A stretch of 38,410 nt of DNA. Source: Actinomycetota bacterium (GTDB lineage Bacteria > Actinomycetota > Actinomycetes > Mycobacteriales > CADCTP01). The position numbers and the translations under genes are program-made. Numbering within the stretch: position 1 is the first letter of the stretch; every line of letters begins with the position of its first letter. The notes under the pieces are model-generated. The model made no database searches and was not told the origin of the DNA. It saw nothing but the letters and a program-made list of their open reading frames with translations. The DNA is taken from assembly GCA_046744115.1 (NCBI GenBank), contig JBKOXW010000147.1, positions 1 through 38,410 of the forward strand, read 5' to 3'. Below, in pieces: positions 24,434 to 33,611 of this stretch.

Positions 24434-25180
24434 ATGGGCCACGAGTTCGAGACCAGCCAGGAGATCACGGTCGACGCGACGCCCGAACAGGTCTGGGAGG
24501 CGATCGCCACCGGCCCGGGCATCGACTCCTGGTTCATGGGGCGGAACGAGGTCGTACCGGGCGAGGGCGGCTCGGTCCGGATGGCCCTCGGGGACATGGA
24601 CTTCCCCGCGTCCACGATCACCGTCTGGGATCCGCCGCGGCGGCTCGCGTACCGCGATGCCGAGGGCGAAGACGGCGCGTTCATGGCGTTCGAGTTCCTC
24701 GTGGAGGGACGAGCCGGCGGGAGCACGACGGTGCGGCTCGTGCACAGCGGCGTCCTCGGCGGCGACGACTGGGAGTCCGAGTACGACGCGCTGCGCAAGG
24801 GCGACCCGATGTACCTGCGCTCCCTGGGCACGTACCTCACCTACTTCCCGGGCCGGACCGCTGTGCCCGTCACGGCCTGGGCCGCGCCCCAGCCCAGCGA
24901 GGAGGGTGCCTGGGAGGGCATCAAGCGCGGCCTTGGCCTGACCGGCACGGTCAACGAGGGCGACCGGGTCCGGTTCGCGCTCGACGACGGCGCTCCGGTG
25001 GAGGGCGTCGTGGACTCGGTGCTCTACCCGAGCTTCCTCGGCGTGCGCACTGACGACGGGCTGTACCGGTTCGTCGGCGGGGGCGGCCAGATCGGGGTCG
25101 GCCACCACATCTTCGCGGACGTGGATCCGAAGGAGGCCGAGCAGGCCTGGCAGTCCTGGCTGACCAGGCTGTATGCCTAA
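24434..25180 (+). CDS. SRPBCC-superfamily (AHSA1/START-like) protein
   Basis: GAAGGAG RBS. ITVDATPEQVWEAIATGPGIDSWF. Classic pairing with an upstream ArsR-family gene. Confidence 0.85.
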   Translation: MGHEFETSQEITVDATPEQVWEAIATGPGIDSWFMGRNEVVPGEGGSVRMALGDMDFPASTITVWDPPRRLAYRDAEGEDGAFMAFEFLVEGRAGGSTTVRLVHSGVLGGDDWESEYDALRKGDPMYLRSLGTYLTYFPGRTAVPVTAWAAPQPSEEGAWEGIKRGLGLTGTVNEGDRVRFALDDGAPVEGVVDSVLYPSFLGVRTDDGLYRFVGGGGQIGVGHHIFADVDPKEAEQAWQSWLTRLYA

Positions 25181-25673
25181 GTCCATGTCCTACCCACAGG
25201 CCCGATACCACGGCGACACCGGACTGGCGAACGCGACGCTCCGACCGTCCGATCAGGATCCCGAGCTCCGGTACCCCTCCGGCGGCACAGTGCACTATCT
25301 GGCCACGGGGGCGACGACCGGAGGCGAGTTCGGCCTGTACCGGTGGGAGATATCGGCGGAGCCGAGCGGGCCGGGACCGCACTTCCGCAGGACGATCTCC
25401 GAGTCGTTCTACGTCCTGTCCGGATCGGTCCGCTTCTACGACGGCAACCGGTGGATCGACGGCACTCCGGGCGACTTCCTGTTCGTGCCCGAGGGCGGCG
25501 TCCACGGCTTCCGGAACGAGTCAGGCGAGCCGGCATCGATGCTGCTGCTGTTCGCACCCGGTGCCCCGCGCGAGGACTACTTCGAGACCCTCGCGCGGGT
25601 CGCCGAGGGCCTTGTGCTGACCGACGAGGAGAGGGCCGCGTTCTTCCTGCGCCACGACACCTACTGGGTCTGA
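25173..25673 (+). CDS. Cupin-domain protein
   Basis: GPHFRRTISESFYVLSG ... FLFVPEGGVHGFRNES. The start overlaps the SRPBCC stop by 8 nt. Confidence 0.8.
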   Translation: MPKSMSYPQARYHGDTGLANATLRPSDQDPELRYPSGGTVHYLATGATTGGEFGLYRWEISAEPSGPGPHFRRTISESFYVLSGSVRFYDGNRWIDGTPGDFLFVPEGGVHGFRNESGEPASMLLLFAPGAPREDYFETLARVAEGLVLTDEERAAFFLRHDTYWV

Positions 25674-26345
25674 CGCCGAGTCTGACGCCTGCTCGGCGAT
25701 ACGGGCGACTCTGCGCCGCCATCCCTCGTAGACGGCGGCGACTCCGGCGATGGCCAGCGTCCACAGCACGTACGCGCCGAGCATGAAGAGCAGCGCGGTG
25801 ACCGAGGCAAGCGCGACGACGGCGCCGCGGCGCGACCAGCTCCGCCGAGGCAGAAGCCGGACCGCCGCGGCCATGCCGAGCACGTACACCAGGACGAACG
25901 AGCCCGTGGTGAGCAGGACCGACAGCCGCGGGCCCGCGCCGGCCACGGCCACAAGCGCCAGCACGGATAGGCCCGACGCGACGGCCAGGCTCCGGCGGGG
26001 CACCTGGCCGGCGCTGCTGCCGCGGGCGAACCACGCGGGCAGCGCGCCATCCCGGCCGAGTGCGGCGCCGAGCTTGGCGGCACCGGCGAAGTAGGCGTTC
26101 ATCGCGCCGAGCGTCAGCAGCAGGGCCACGATCGCGGTGAGCACCCGGACCTCGCCGCCGATGCCGATCGCGAGCAGCTCGGCGAGCGGTGCCTCGGTCG
26201 AGCCGGTGGCGGGGCCGAGCACCAGCAGGCTCGCGGCGGCGACGCCGAGGTAGAGCAGCCCAACCACGACGATCGCGATCGCGGTGGCGCGAGGAAGGTC
26301 GCGGGCCGCCGGGCGGAAGTCGGCGGCGAGCGAGGTGCTGCCCGC
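25521..26345 (-). pseudogene. 5'-truncated APC-family amino acid permease (only the C-terminal roughly six TM segments remain)
   Basis: Begins mid-protein at AADFRPAARDLPRATAIAIVVVGLLYLG (the conserved ..E..nP.RdlPrA.. region), then GAMNAYFAGAAKLGAALGRDGALP. No N-terminal half in any frame. The ORF tail reads antisense into the cupin gene with poor codon bias. Confidence 0.6.
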
Positions 26346-26550
26346 CGGCGCGGAGGAGCGGGACGTCGTGGCCGCCGCGGCGGCTCGCGGCCTGGCCCTT
26401 CGTGCCCTGGCCACGCACGGCTACTACAGCGCGGGCAGCGCACCGGACGGGCGAGGCCGGCTCGTGGTCGACTACGCCGGCCCGCCCGAGCACCTGTACG
26501 CCGCCGCGGTCGCCGCTCTGGTCGAGGCCCTCGCCGCGGGCTTGCGGTGA
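26332..26550 (+). pseudogene. C-terminal fragment of a PLP-dependent aminotransferase / MocR-like protein
   Basis: EVLPAGAEERDVVAAAAARGLALRALATHGYYSAGSAPDGRGRLVVDYAGPPEHLYAAAVAALVEAL has strong G/C third-position bias. No upstream coding continuation. Confidence 0.5.
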
Positions 26551-26593
26551 CCGGTGGCCGAGACAACGATCAGTCCGGGAAGGGAGCGTGCGC

Positions 26594-27445
26594 ATGGCTG
26601 ACCTGACTGGCGTGACCGCCGCGGACGCCGGCCCGATCGACGTCGGTGGTGACCTCACCGTCAACCGCCTGGGCTTCGGCGCCATGCGGATCACGGGGAG
26701 GGGAATCTACGGCGAACCATCCGACCGCGCCGAGGCGATCGCGACGGTCCGCCGCGCGGTCGAGCTCGGCGTGAACTTCATCGACACCGCGGACTCGTAC
26801 GGCCCGGAGGTCAGCGAGACGCTGCTCGCCGAGGCCCTCTACCCGTACCCGGACGACCTGGTGATCGCGACCAAGGGCGGCCATGTGCGGCCGGGTCCGG
26901 GGCGGTGGACTCCCGACGGGCGGCCCGAGCACCTGAGGCAGGCCTGCGAGGGCAGCCTGCGGCGGCTGCGGCTGGACCAGATCCCGCTCTACCAGCTCCA
27001 CCGGGTCGACCCCCAGGTACCGCTCGAGGACTCCGTCGCGACCCTGGTCGAGATGAAGGACGAGGGCAAGATCCGCCACATCGGACTGTCCAATGTCACC
27101 GAGGAGCAGCTCCGGCAGGCGCAGAAGCTCACCCCCGTCGTGTCGATCCAGAACCGGTACAACGTCGACGACCGGACCTCGGAGCCGCTGATCGATCTGT
27201 GCGAGCAGGAGCAGCTTGTCTTCGTGCCGTGGGCACCGATCCGAGACGTGGACCGCAACCAGGTGGTCCACGAGACCGCCGAGCGGCACGGGGTCACGCC
27301 GCGGCAGGTGGTGCTGGCCTGGCTGCTGGCCCGCTCGCCGATGATGCTGCCGATCCCTGGTACCAGCTCGGTCGCCCACCTCGAGGAGAACGTCGCGGCC
27401 GCCGGCCTGAGGCTGAGCCCGGCAGAGCTCAACGCCATCGGCTGA
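26594..27445 (+). CDS. Aldo/keto reductase
   Basis: GGGAAGGGAG RBS. LGFGAMRITG, VELGVNFIDTADSYGPEVSE, IPLYQLHRVD, IGLSNV. Confidence 0.9.
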   Translation: MADLTGVTAADAGPIDVGGDLTVNRLGFGAMRITGRGIYGEPSDRAEAIATVRRAVELGVNFIDTADSYGPEVSETLLAEALYPYPDDLVIATKGGHVRPGPGRWTPDGRPEHLRQACEGSLRRLRLDQIPLYQLHRVDPQVPLEDSVATLVEMKDEGKIRHIGLSNVTEEQLRQAQKLTPVVSIQNRYNVDDRTSEPLIDLCEQEQLVFVPWAPIRDVDRNQVVHETAERHGVTPRQVVLAWLLARSPMMLPIPGTSSVAHLEENVAAAGLRLSPAELNAIG

Positions 27446-27486
27446 GCCGATGTCGACAGTGGACAGTCTGCGGGAGGACGCCGGCG

Positions 27487-28869
27487 ATGACCGAACGAGT
27501 CGATGTCGCCGTGCTCGGCATGGGTCCGGGCGGCGAGGTCGCCGCCAGCCGGCTGCTCAACGCCGGCCGGAGCCTGGCGGTGGTGGAGCGCGAGCTCATC
27601 GGCGGCGAGTGCGCGTACTGGGCCTGCATACCGTCGAAGACGCTGCTGCGCCCGGTGGATGCCCGATCCGAGGCCGAGCGCGCCGCCGGGGTGAGCCGAC
27701 CGGCGCTGGACTGGGCGGCGGTGCGCGACTACCGCGACGTCATGGTGCGGTATCTCGACGACCGCAAGCAGGTCGCGGAGTACGAGCAGCAGGGCGCGAT
27801 CGTCGTCAAGGGAACCGGCCGGCTGGCCGGCGCTGGCGGGGATGGCGGCCGCTTCCAGATCGAGGTCGGTGACCGCCGGATCGAGGCGGACCACGTCGTG
27901 CTCGCCACCGGCTCGGACCCGATCCGCCCTCCGGCGGAGGGCCTGGACGCCGGCTCCGACCTTCCCGTGTGGACGAACCGCGAGGCAACCGGGCTCACCG
28001 AGATCCCAGGGCGGGCGCTGGTCGTCGGTGGCAGCGCGGTCGCCGTCGAACTGGGGCAGTTCCTGGCTCGGATGGGCACCGAGGTCACGCTCGCCCAGCG
28101 CGGCGATCGGCTGGTGACCCGCGAGGAGCCGCGCATCGGCGAGCTCGTGGCCGAGTCCCTGGCCGCCGACGGCATCGACGTGCGTCTCGGCCGGCAGGTG
28201 GCGCGAGCGTGGCGGGACGGCGCCAGCACCCGGGTCGCCTTCGACGACGGCGGCACGCTCGACGTCGACGTGGTCGTGCTCGGCACCGGCCGCCGACCAC
28301 GGACCGGCGGGCTCGGCCTCGACGCGGTCGGCGTGAACCTCGACCGGGGCGGGCTCGCCGTGGACGAGCGCTGCCACGTCGTCGGCGCTCCGGACGGCGT
28401 GTGGGCGGTCGGCGATGCGACCGGCGGCCCGCAGTTCACCCACGTCGCGAAGTACCAGGCCCGGGTCGCCGCCGACAACATCATCGGTCGGCCGCGGTGG
28501 GCGACGTACGACGGCATCCCGCGGGTGATCTTCGCCGACCCCGAGATCGCCGCGGTCGGCATGACGGCTGACCGAGCCCGTTCGAGTGGGCTCGACGTGG
28601 CCGCCGTTGAGGTGGACCTGCCCGCGGCGTTGGCCCGGCCGTGGACGTACGAGACCGAGCCGCGCGGCAGGCTCGGCCTGCTCGCCGACCGCTCGCGCCG
28701 GGTACTGATCGGCGCGTGGGCCGTGGCGCCGCTTGCCGGGGAGTGGATCCACCAGGCCGCGCTCGCGGTCCGGGCCGAGATCCTCATCGACACCCTGCTC
28801 GACCAGGTCGCGCAGTTCCCCACGTACACCGAGGGGTACCTGACCGGGCTGGAGCAGCTCGACCTCTAG
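27487..28869 (+). CDS. FAD/NAD(P)-dependent pyridine nucleotide-disulfide oxidoreductase (dihydrolipoamide dehydrogenase-like family)
   Basis: VAVLGMGPGGEVAA dinucleotide fold, redox-active GGECAYWACIPSK, second Rossmann motif VVGGSAVAVE, C-terminal dimerisation region. Confidence 0.85.
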   Translation: MTERVDVAVLGMGPGGEVAASRLLNAGRSLAVVERELIGGECAYWACIPSKTLLRPVDARSEAERAAGVSRPALDWAAVRDYRDVMVRYLDDRKQVAEYEQQGAIVVKGTGRLAGAGGDGGRFQIEVGDRRIEADHVVLATGSDPIRPPAEGLDAGSDLPVWTNREATGLTEIPGRALVVGGSAVAVELGQFLARMGTEVTLAQRGDRLVTREEPRIGELVAESLAADGIDVRLGRQVARAWRDGASTRVAFDDGGTLDVDVVVLGTGRRPRTGGLGLDAVGVNLDRGGLAVDERCHVVGAPDGVWAVGDATGGPQFTHVAKYQARVAADNIIGRPRWATYDGIPRVIFADPEIAAVGMTADRARSSGLDVAAVEVDLPAALARPWTYETEPRGRLGLLADRSRRVLIGAWAVAPLAGEWIHQAALAVRAEILIDTLLDQVAQFPTYTEGYLTGLEQLDL

Positions 28870-28875
28870 CGCCCG

Positions 28876-29268
28876 TCACGCCACGGCCGTCGCCTCGATC
28901 TCCACGAGCAGCTCGGGATAGGCGAGGCGGGTGACGCCGACCAGCGTGCTCGCCGGCGCCACACCTGCCGCCGCCTTGCGCTCCCGCACGATGCCGGCGT
29001 GCCGGAGGTAGGCGTCGACGTCGGTGGCATACGTGGTGAGCCGGACGACGTTCGCCAGGCTCAAGCCCGCCTCGGCCAGGACCGCCTCGAGGTTGTCGAG
29101 CGCGAGTGCGATCTGTCCCGCCATGTCACCGGCATGCTGGACGACTCCGTCGCCGTCGAGCGCCGTCTGCCCGGCGCAGAACAGAACCCTCGTGTGGCCT
29201 TCGACGAGCTCGCCCTGGTTGAAGCTGGGCAGCGACCAGTCCCACGGATTGACGGCGGTTCGCTTCAC
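28876..29268 (-). CDS. RidA/YjgF-family protein
   Basis: 130 aa. VLFCAGQTALDGDG, NLEAVLAEAGLSLANVVRLTTY, C-terminal LVEIEATA. Confidence 0.9.
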   Translation of the reverse strand: MKRTAVNPWDWSLPSFNQGELVEGHTRVLFCAGQTALDGDGVVQHAGDMAGQIALALDNLEAVLAEAGLSLANVVRLTTYATDVDAYLRHAGIVRERKAAAGVAPASTLVGVTRLAYPELLVEIEATAVA

Positions 29269-29395
29269 TTCTCAGCCCTTCTCCTACGGTCTGGTTACCG
29301 CGTCCAGTGTCCAGGTTCTGCCTCGCCAGCGGTCGACGTACGTTCCGCGGTGTATGTGCTGGCCGGATCCGGCGCCTGCGGAGGAGGCGAGCGCG

Positions 29396-29809
29396 ATGAG
29401 GCCGCGATGGGATCAGCCTGCCTGGCAACGCAAGGCCGTCGGAGCCGTGGTCGTGGTTGCCGCACTCGGCCTGGTCGCGGGGCTGACGGGGTCGGCGCGC
29501 GCGACAGACGGCGAGCCGGTCGACCCACCCGAGGACGCATACGTCGCTCCGATCGAGTTCGACCTGCCGCCGCCCGTTCCGGAGCCAGGACCCGAGGCCG
29601 GCGACGACCCGGGGGAGCCGCCGGTCATCGAGCCCGACGACTCGACGATCGCGCGCACGGCCTACGTATGGGTCACGAGCGAGGACGCGCCCGATCCCGA
29701 CCCGGAGCCGTCACCAATTGACCCCGAACCGGAGCCGACGGATGTCGAGCTCGAGCCTGGGCCGAACATCAGGCGCCCTGCATTACTGGAGCGGGAAGGG
29801 GGGCTGTAG
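29396..29809 (+). CDS. Secreted Pro/Asp/Glu-rich low-complexity protein
   Basis: GGAGGAGG RBS, signal-like AVGAVVVVAALGLVAGLTGSARA, then acidic Pro-rich sequence. The 3' end overlaps the convergent Moco gene by 27 nt. Confidence 0.5.
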   Translation: MRPRWDQPAWQRKAVGAVVVVAALGLVAGLTGSARATDGEPVDPPEDAYVAPIEFDLPPPVPEPGPEAGDDPGEPPVIEPDDSTIARTAYVWVTSEDAPDPDPEPSPIDPEPEPTDVELEPGPNIRRPALLEREGGL

Positions 29810-30814
29810 CCACCAGGGCTCGTCGCGGAGTTCGATGCGGGCGACCCACTTCACCCACCAGTAGCCGCGGCGGCCGGGGGCGACGAGCCGCGCGGGCGCT
29901 CCGTGTCCGGCGGACAGCGGCAGCCCGGCGGCGTGCGAGGCGAGGAGCAGGGAATCGGCGTCGTCGACGGGGAACCGGCGCCGGTAGCCGGTCACCGACA
30001 CGACCTCGATGCTGCGGGCGGCGGCGGGTGGGTCGCCGAGCAGCCGGCTGAGCCGCACACCACGCCACTCCTGCTCGGCGTACCAGCCGCCGGTGCAGTC
30101 CAGAGTGGCCCGGACCGTGTCGGCCTCGCCCTCCAGGTCGTCGACGCCGAGGCGGCGGGTCTGGCCGTCGAGGCCGACGATCTCCAGCCGCCAGCGGTCG
30201 CGGTCCATCCGCGGCACGGTGTCTGTGAACCACTGCGTCACGGGCATCGCGGCCGGCCGCCCGGACCCGGCCGCGTAGGACCCGGTGCTCCGACGCTCCG
30301 AGCCCGGCAGCCGCAGCAGCGTGGCGATCCCCTCGACGGCGAGGTAGGCCGCCCCTGCCACGCCGGCCAGCGCGCCGGCGCGGAGGAGGACCCGCCGGCT
30401 GAGGTCGGTACGCCGCGGCCGCTGCGGGTGCGACCGTACGTGTGCGACCGCGGCGACGACCGCGAGTACGCCGACCGCGACGTGCCAGGACAGGACGCTC
30501 ATGCCGAGCAGGACCTGGCGGCCGGTCAGCGCGTGCCACGCGCCGAGCGCCAGCGTCGCGGCGACGAGCACGCCCAGCGCGACGCCGGCCCAGGACCGCC
30601 GGCGAGGCAGTCCACGTCGGACGATCACCGACTTCCACGGGACCAGTAGCACCAGCGCCAGCCCGGCCGCGCCGTGCAGCACGGCGACCACGCGGGACGG
30701 CCCCGGCGTGCCGACACCGAACGCGACCGCGCCCGTCACAACGGCGGTCGCGAGCAACACGAACAGGGCGAGGTTCGTGCGCCGCCCGGCGCGTCGGACC
30801 AGGGCCTGCCCCAC
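29783..30814 (-). CDS. Membrane-anchored molybdopterin-dependent oxidoreductase (sulfite-oxidase-fold domain fused to a His-containing multi-TM N-terminal domain)
   Basis: C-terminal RATLDCTGGWYAEQEWRGVRL ... GHGAPARLVAPGRRGYWWVKWVARIEL. The N-terminal TM helices carry His residues (VLHGAAG, AWHALTG, SWHVAVG, VAHV). Start probably GTG 30814. Confidence 0.8.
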   Translation of the reverse strand: MGQALVRRAGRRTNLALFVLLATAVVTGAVAFGVGTPGPSRVVAVLHGAAGLALVLLVPWKSVIVRRGLPRRRSWAGVALGVLVAATLALGAWHALTGRQVLLGMSVLSWHVAVGVLAVVAAVAHVRSHPQRPRRTDLSRRVLLRAGALAGVAGAAYLAVEGIATLLRLPGSERRSTGSYAAGSGRPAAMPVTQWFTDTVPRMDRDRWRLEIVGLDGQTRRLGVDDLEGEADTVRATLDCTGGWYAEQEWRGVRLSRLLGDPPAAARSIEVVSVTGYRRRFPVDDADSLLLASHAAGLPLSAGHGAPARLVAPGRRGYWWVKWVARIELRDEPWWLQPPFPLQ

Positions 30815-30885
30815 CCGATCAGTGTGCGCCCCGCTTCCGCAGTGACGCCTACGTTCACCGATCCGTAAGTTCCGCGGCCGGATGC

Positions 30886-31419
30886 GTGCGGAAGGGGTAC
30901 CTGGTCGCCGCCATCGGCACCGGACTGCTCGTCGCGCTGCCGACCGTGCGGGACCGAACCGTCGAGGAGGCGGATGTCGTCGCGGTAGCGGACAACCCGA
31001 CGGCTCAGCCCACCAGCCCTCAGCCCGGCGCGCCGCAGCCGTCGGGCTCGGCGCCGACGGCCCCACCGACGACAGCCCCGGCGGTTCCACGCGCTCCAGT
31101 CGAAATCGGTCGGGCCGAACTGGCCGGCATCGACCACACCGCGACCGGGACCGCGCGGCTGATCCGCCTCGCCGACGGCAGCCTGCTGGTACGCCTCGAG
31201 GAGATCGACATCCAGCCCGGCCCCGACTACTACGTCCACCTGGTCCGCGGCGCGGGTCAGCAGGAGCCGGCCGGGGGCTCCCAGCTCGCCCGGCTCAAGG
31301 GCAACCGCGGCAGCCAGAACTATCCGGTGCCGCGCGGGCGGCCGGCGGAGACGCCGGTCACCGTGCTGATCTGGTGCCGCGCGTTCGACACCCCGGTCGC
31401 CAACGCCACGATCCGATAG
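30886..31419 (+). CDS. DM13-domain protein with N-terminal membrane anchor or signal
   Basis: GTARLIRLADGSLLVRLEEIDIQPGPDYYVHLV and VTVLIWCRAFDTPVANATI are typical of DM13. GTG 30886. Confidence 0.8.
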   Translation: MRKGYLVAAIGTGLLVALPTVRDRTVEEADVVAVADNPTAQPTSPQPGAPQPSGSAPTAPPTTAPAVPRAPVEIGRAELAGIDHTATGTARLIRLADGSLLVRLEEIDIQPGPDYYVHLVRGAGQQEPAGGSQLARLKGNRGSQNYPVPRGRPAETPVTVLIWCRAFDTPVANATIR

Positions 31420-31507
31420 CCGGGCCGCCGGCTGCCTGCGCCCGGCGGAGCAGCCGCGAGGCGCCGCATACTCCCGGGGTGGTACTCGCAGTTCAGGTCG
31501 GGAGCCG

Positions 31508-32785
31508 ATGACGGTGCCCGCCTCCGCGGCCTACCGTGCCTGTGTGTCCACCCGAGTGGCGGTCCGACCGCCGGAGCAGCCTGCCTGGCCATGGCCGTGG
31601 CGGTCTCCGGCGGTGCTGGCTGCCCTGGTCGGGCTCATCCAGGTCGTCATCACCATCTTCGCCGCGCAGGGGCAGCCCGAGCGGAGATCGCTGGATCTGC
31701 TCGCGTTCGCCCTGCTCGTCGCCGGCCCCGCGGCTCTGCTCGCCCGCCGCCGCTACCCGGTGCACACGCTGGCCGCGGTCACCGCGGTCACGCTGGCGTA
31801 CCTGCTGATCGGCTACCCGTACGGCCCGGTCGTGCTGAGCATGGTGGTGGCGCTGGCGAACGCCGTGATCCTCGGGTATCGGGCGGCCGCGTGGATCGCC
31901 TCGGGCGTGCTCTACGTCGGACACTTTGCGCTGCGCCCGTTCACCCGACCCGACGAGGAGACCACGTGGCTGCAGGCCGCCGCGGTCGGTGCGTGGCTGC
32001 TGCTCGTGCTGGTCGCGTCGGAGTTCGCCCGGGTCCGGCGGGAGCAGGTGCTCGCCGCCGCGCGCGGCCGTGAGGAGGCCGCCCGCCGCCAGGCGAGCGA
32101 GGAGCGGCTGCGCATGGCCCAGGAGCTGCACGACGTGCTGGCGCACAACATCTCGCTGATCAACGTGCAGGCCGGCGTGGCGCTGCATCTGATGGACGAG
32201 CGCCCGGAGCAGGCGCGGACCGCGCTGACCGCGATCAAGCAGGCCAGCCATGAGACGCTGAACGAGCTGCGGACGGCGCTCGGCGTGCTCCGCCAGGACG
32301 ACGGCGCCGCGCCGCGCCAGCCCGCGCCCGGTCTGGCCAACCTGGACGATCTCGTCTTCCGGGCCGCGTCCGCCGGACTCGACGTGTCCACAGTGGTCAT
32401 CGGTGAACCCCGGCCGGTGAGCGCCGGTGTCGACCTGGCAGCGTTCCGGATCGTGCAGGAGGCGCTGACGAACGTGGTACGGCACGCGGGCTCGGCGACC
32501 GCGCGCGTCAGCGTGGAGTACGGCGAGCGCGAGCTGACCCTGCAGGTCGAGGACGACGGCCGGGGCGTCCCGGCCACCGAGATCGGCCTACCGGGCGCCG
32601 GCAGCGGCATCGCCGGCATGCGGGAGCGGGCGACCGCGCTCGGTGGCACGCTGTGGGCCGGGCCGCGCAACGGTCGCGGGTTCCGGGTCAGGGCCCGGCT
32701 GCCGATCGACCCGATCGACGAGGGGCCCGGCGAGGTCGAGACGGCCGAGCCGGTCGAGGCGACGCCGTGGGAGGACCGGCGGTGA
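31508..32785 (+). CDS. Two-component sensor histidine kinase (HisKA_3 type, NarL-family partner)
   Basis: Multi-TM N-terminus, H-box MAQELHDVLAHNISLINVQ, and an ATPase domain with GRGVP and GSGIAGMRERA. Confidence 0.85.
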   Translation: MTVPASAAYRACVSTRVAVRPPEQPAWPWPWRSPAVLAALVGLIQVVITIFAAQGQPERRSLDLLAFALLVAGPAALLARRRYPVHTLAAVTAVTLAYLLIGYPYGPVVLSMVVALANAVILGYRAAAWIASGVLYVGHFALRPFTRPDEETTWLQAAAVGAWLLLVLVASEFARVRREQVLAAARGREEAARRQASEERLRMAQELHDVLAHNISLINVQAGVALHLMDERPEQARTALTAIKQASHETLNELRTALGVLRQDDGAAPRQPAPGLANLDDLVFRAASAGLDVSTVVIGEPRPVSAGVDLAAFRIVQEALTNVVRHAGSATARVSVEYGERELTLQVEDDGRGVPATEIGLPGAGSGIAGMRERATALGGTLWAGPRNGRGFRVRARLPIDPIDEGPGEVETAEPVEATPWEDRR

Positions 32786-33447
32786 TACGCGTCCTGCTCG
32801 CCGACGACCAGGCGCTCGTCCGCGCCGGCTTCCGCGCGCTGCTCGACGCGGAGCCGGACGTCGAGGTCGTCGGTGAGGCCGCGAACGGCGCCGAGGCCGT
32901 ACGGCTGGCGGCGACCCTGCTGCCGGACCTCGTGCTGATGGACATCAGGATGCCCGATGTGGACGGTCTGGAGGCGACCCGCCGGATCGCCGCCGACCAG
33001 CGGCTGAACGCGGTTCGGGTGGTCATCCTGACCACGTTCGACCTTGACGAGTACGTGTTCGAGGCGCTGCGGTACGGCGCGAGCGGCTTCCTTGTCAAGG
33101 ACACCGAGCCGGCCGACCTCGTGCGCGGCGTGCGCTCGGTGGCGGCCGGCGACGCACTCCTGTCGCCCGGCGTCACCCGCCGACTGGTCGCCGAGTTCGC
33201 CGCCCGTGCCAAGGAGCCGAGGCCGGCACCGTCGCTGAACGTGCTGACCGAGCGCGAGCGCGAGGTGGTCACGCTCGTCGCGACCGGTCTGACGAACGAC
33301 GAGATCGCGGACCGGCTCGTGGTCAGCCCGGCCACCGCCAAGACGCACGTGAGCCGGGCGATGGTCAAGCTCGGGGTGCGGGACCGGGCGCAGCTCGTCG
33401 TCATCGGGTACGAGTCGGGGCTGGTTCGCCCCGGCTGGCTCGGCTGA
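32782..33447 (+). CDS. NarL/FixJ-family response regulator (REC + LuxR HTH)
   Basis: GTGA start/stop overlap with the kinase. VLLADDQALVRAG, LVLMDIRMPDVDG, LTEREREVVTLVATGLTNDEIADRLVVSPATAKTHV. Confidence 0.9.
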   Translation: MIRVLLADDQALVRAGFRALLDAEPDVEVVGEAANGAEAVRLAATLLPDLVLMDIRMPDVDGLEATRRIAADQRLNAVRVVILTTFDLDEYVFEALRYGASGFLVKDTEPADLVRGVRSVAAGDALLSPGVTRRLVAEFAARAKEPRPAPSLNVLTEREREVVTLVATGLTNDEIADRLVVSPATAKTHVSRAMVKLGVRDRAQLVVIGYESGLVRPGWLG

Positions 33448-33611
33448 CTGCTACCACTGGGCTGACCTCTACTACAGAGGCGGTACGCCGGGCCGCCGGC
33501 AGTGCGCCGTAGAACGTACCGGCGAAGCCACCCCTGGTCCGACGACACCGGATCGCCCGCTCGACACGCTGGTCTCATGCAGACAGACGCGATCACGGAG
33601 AGCAGGCGATC

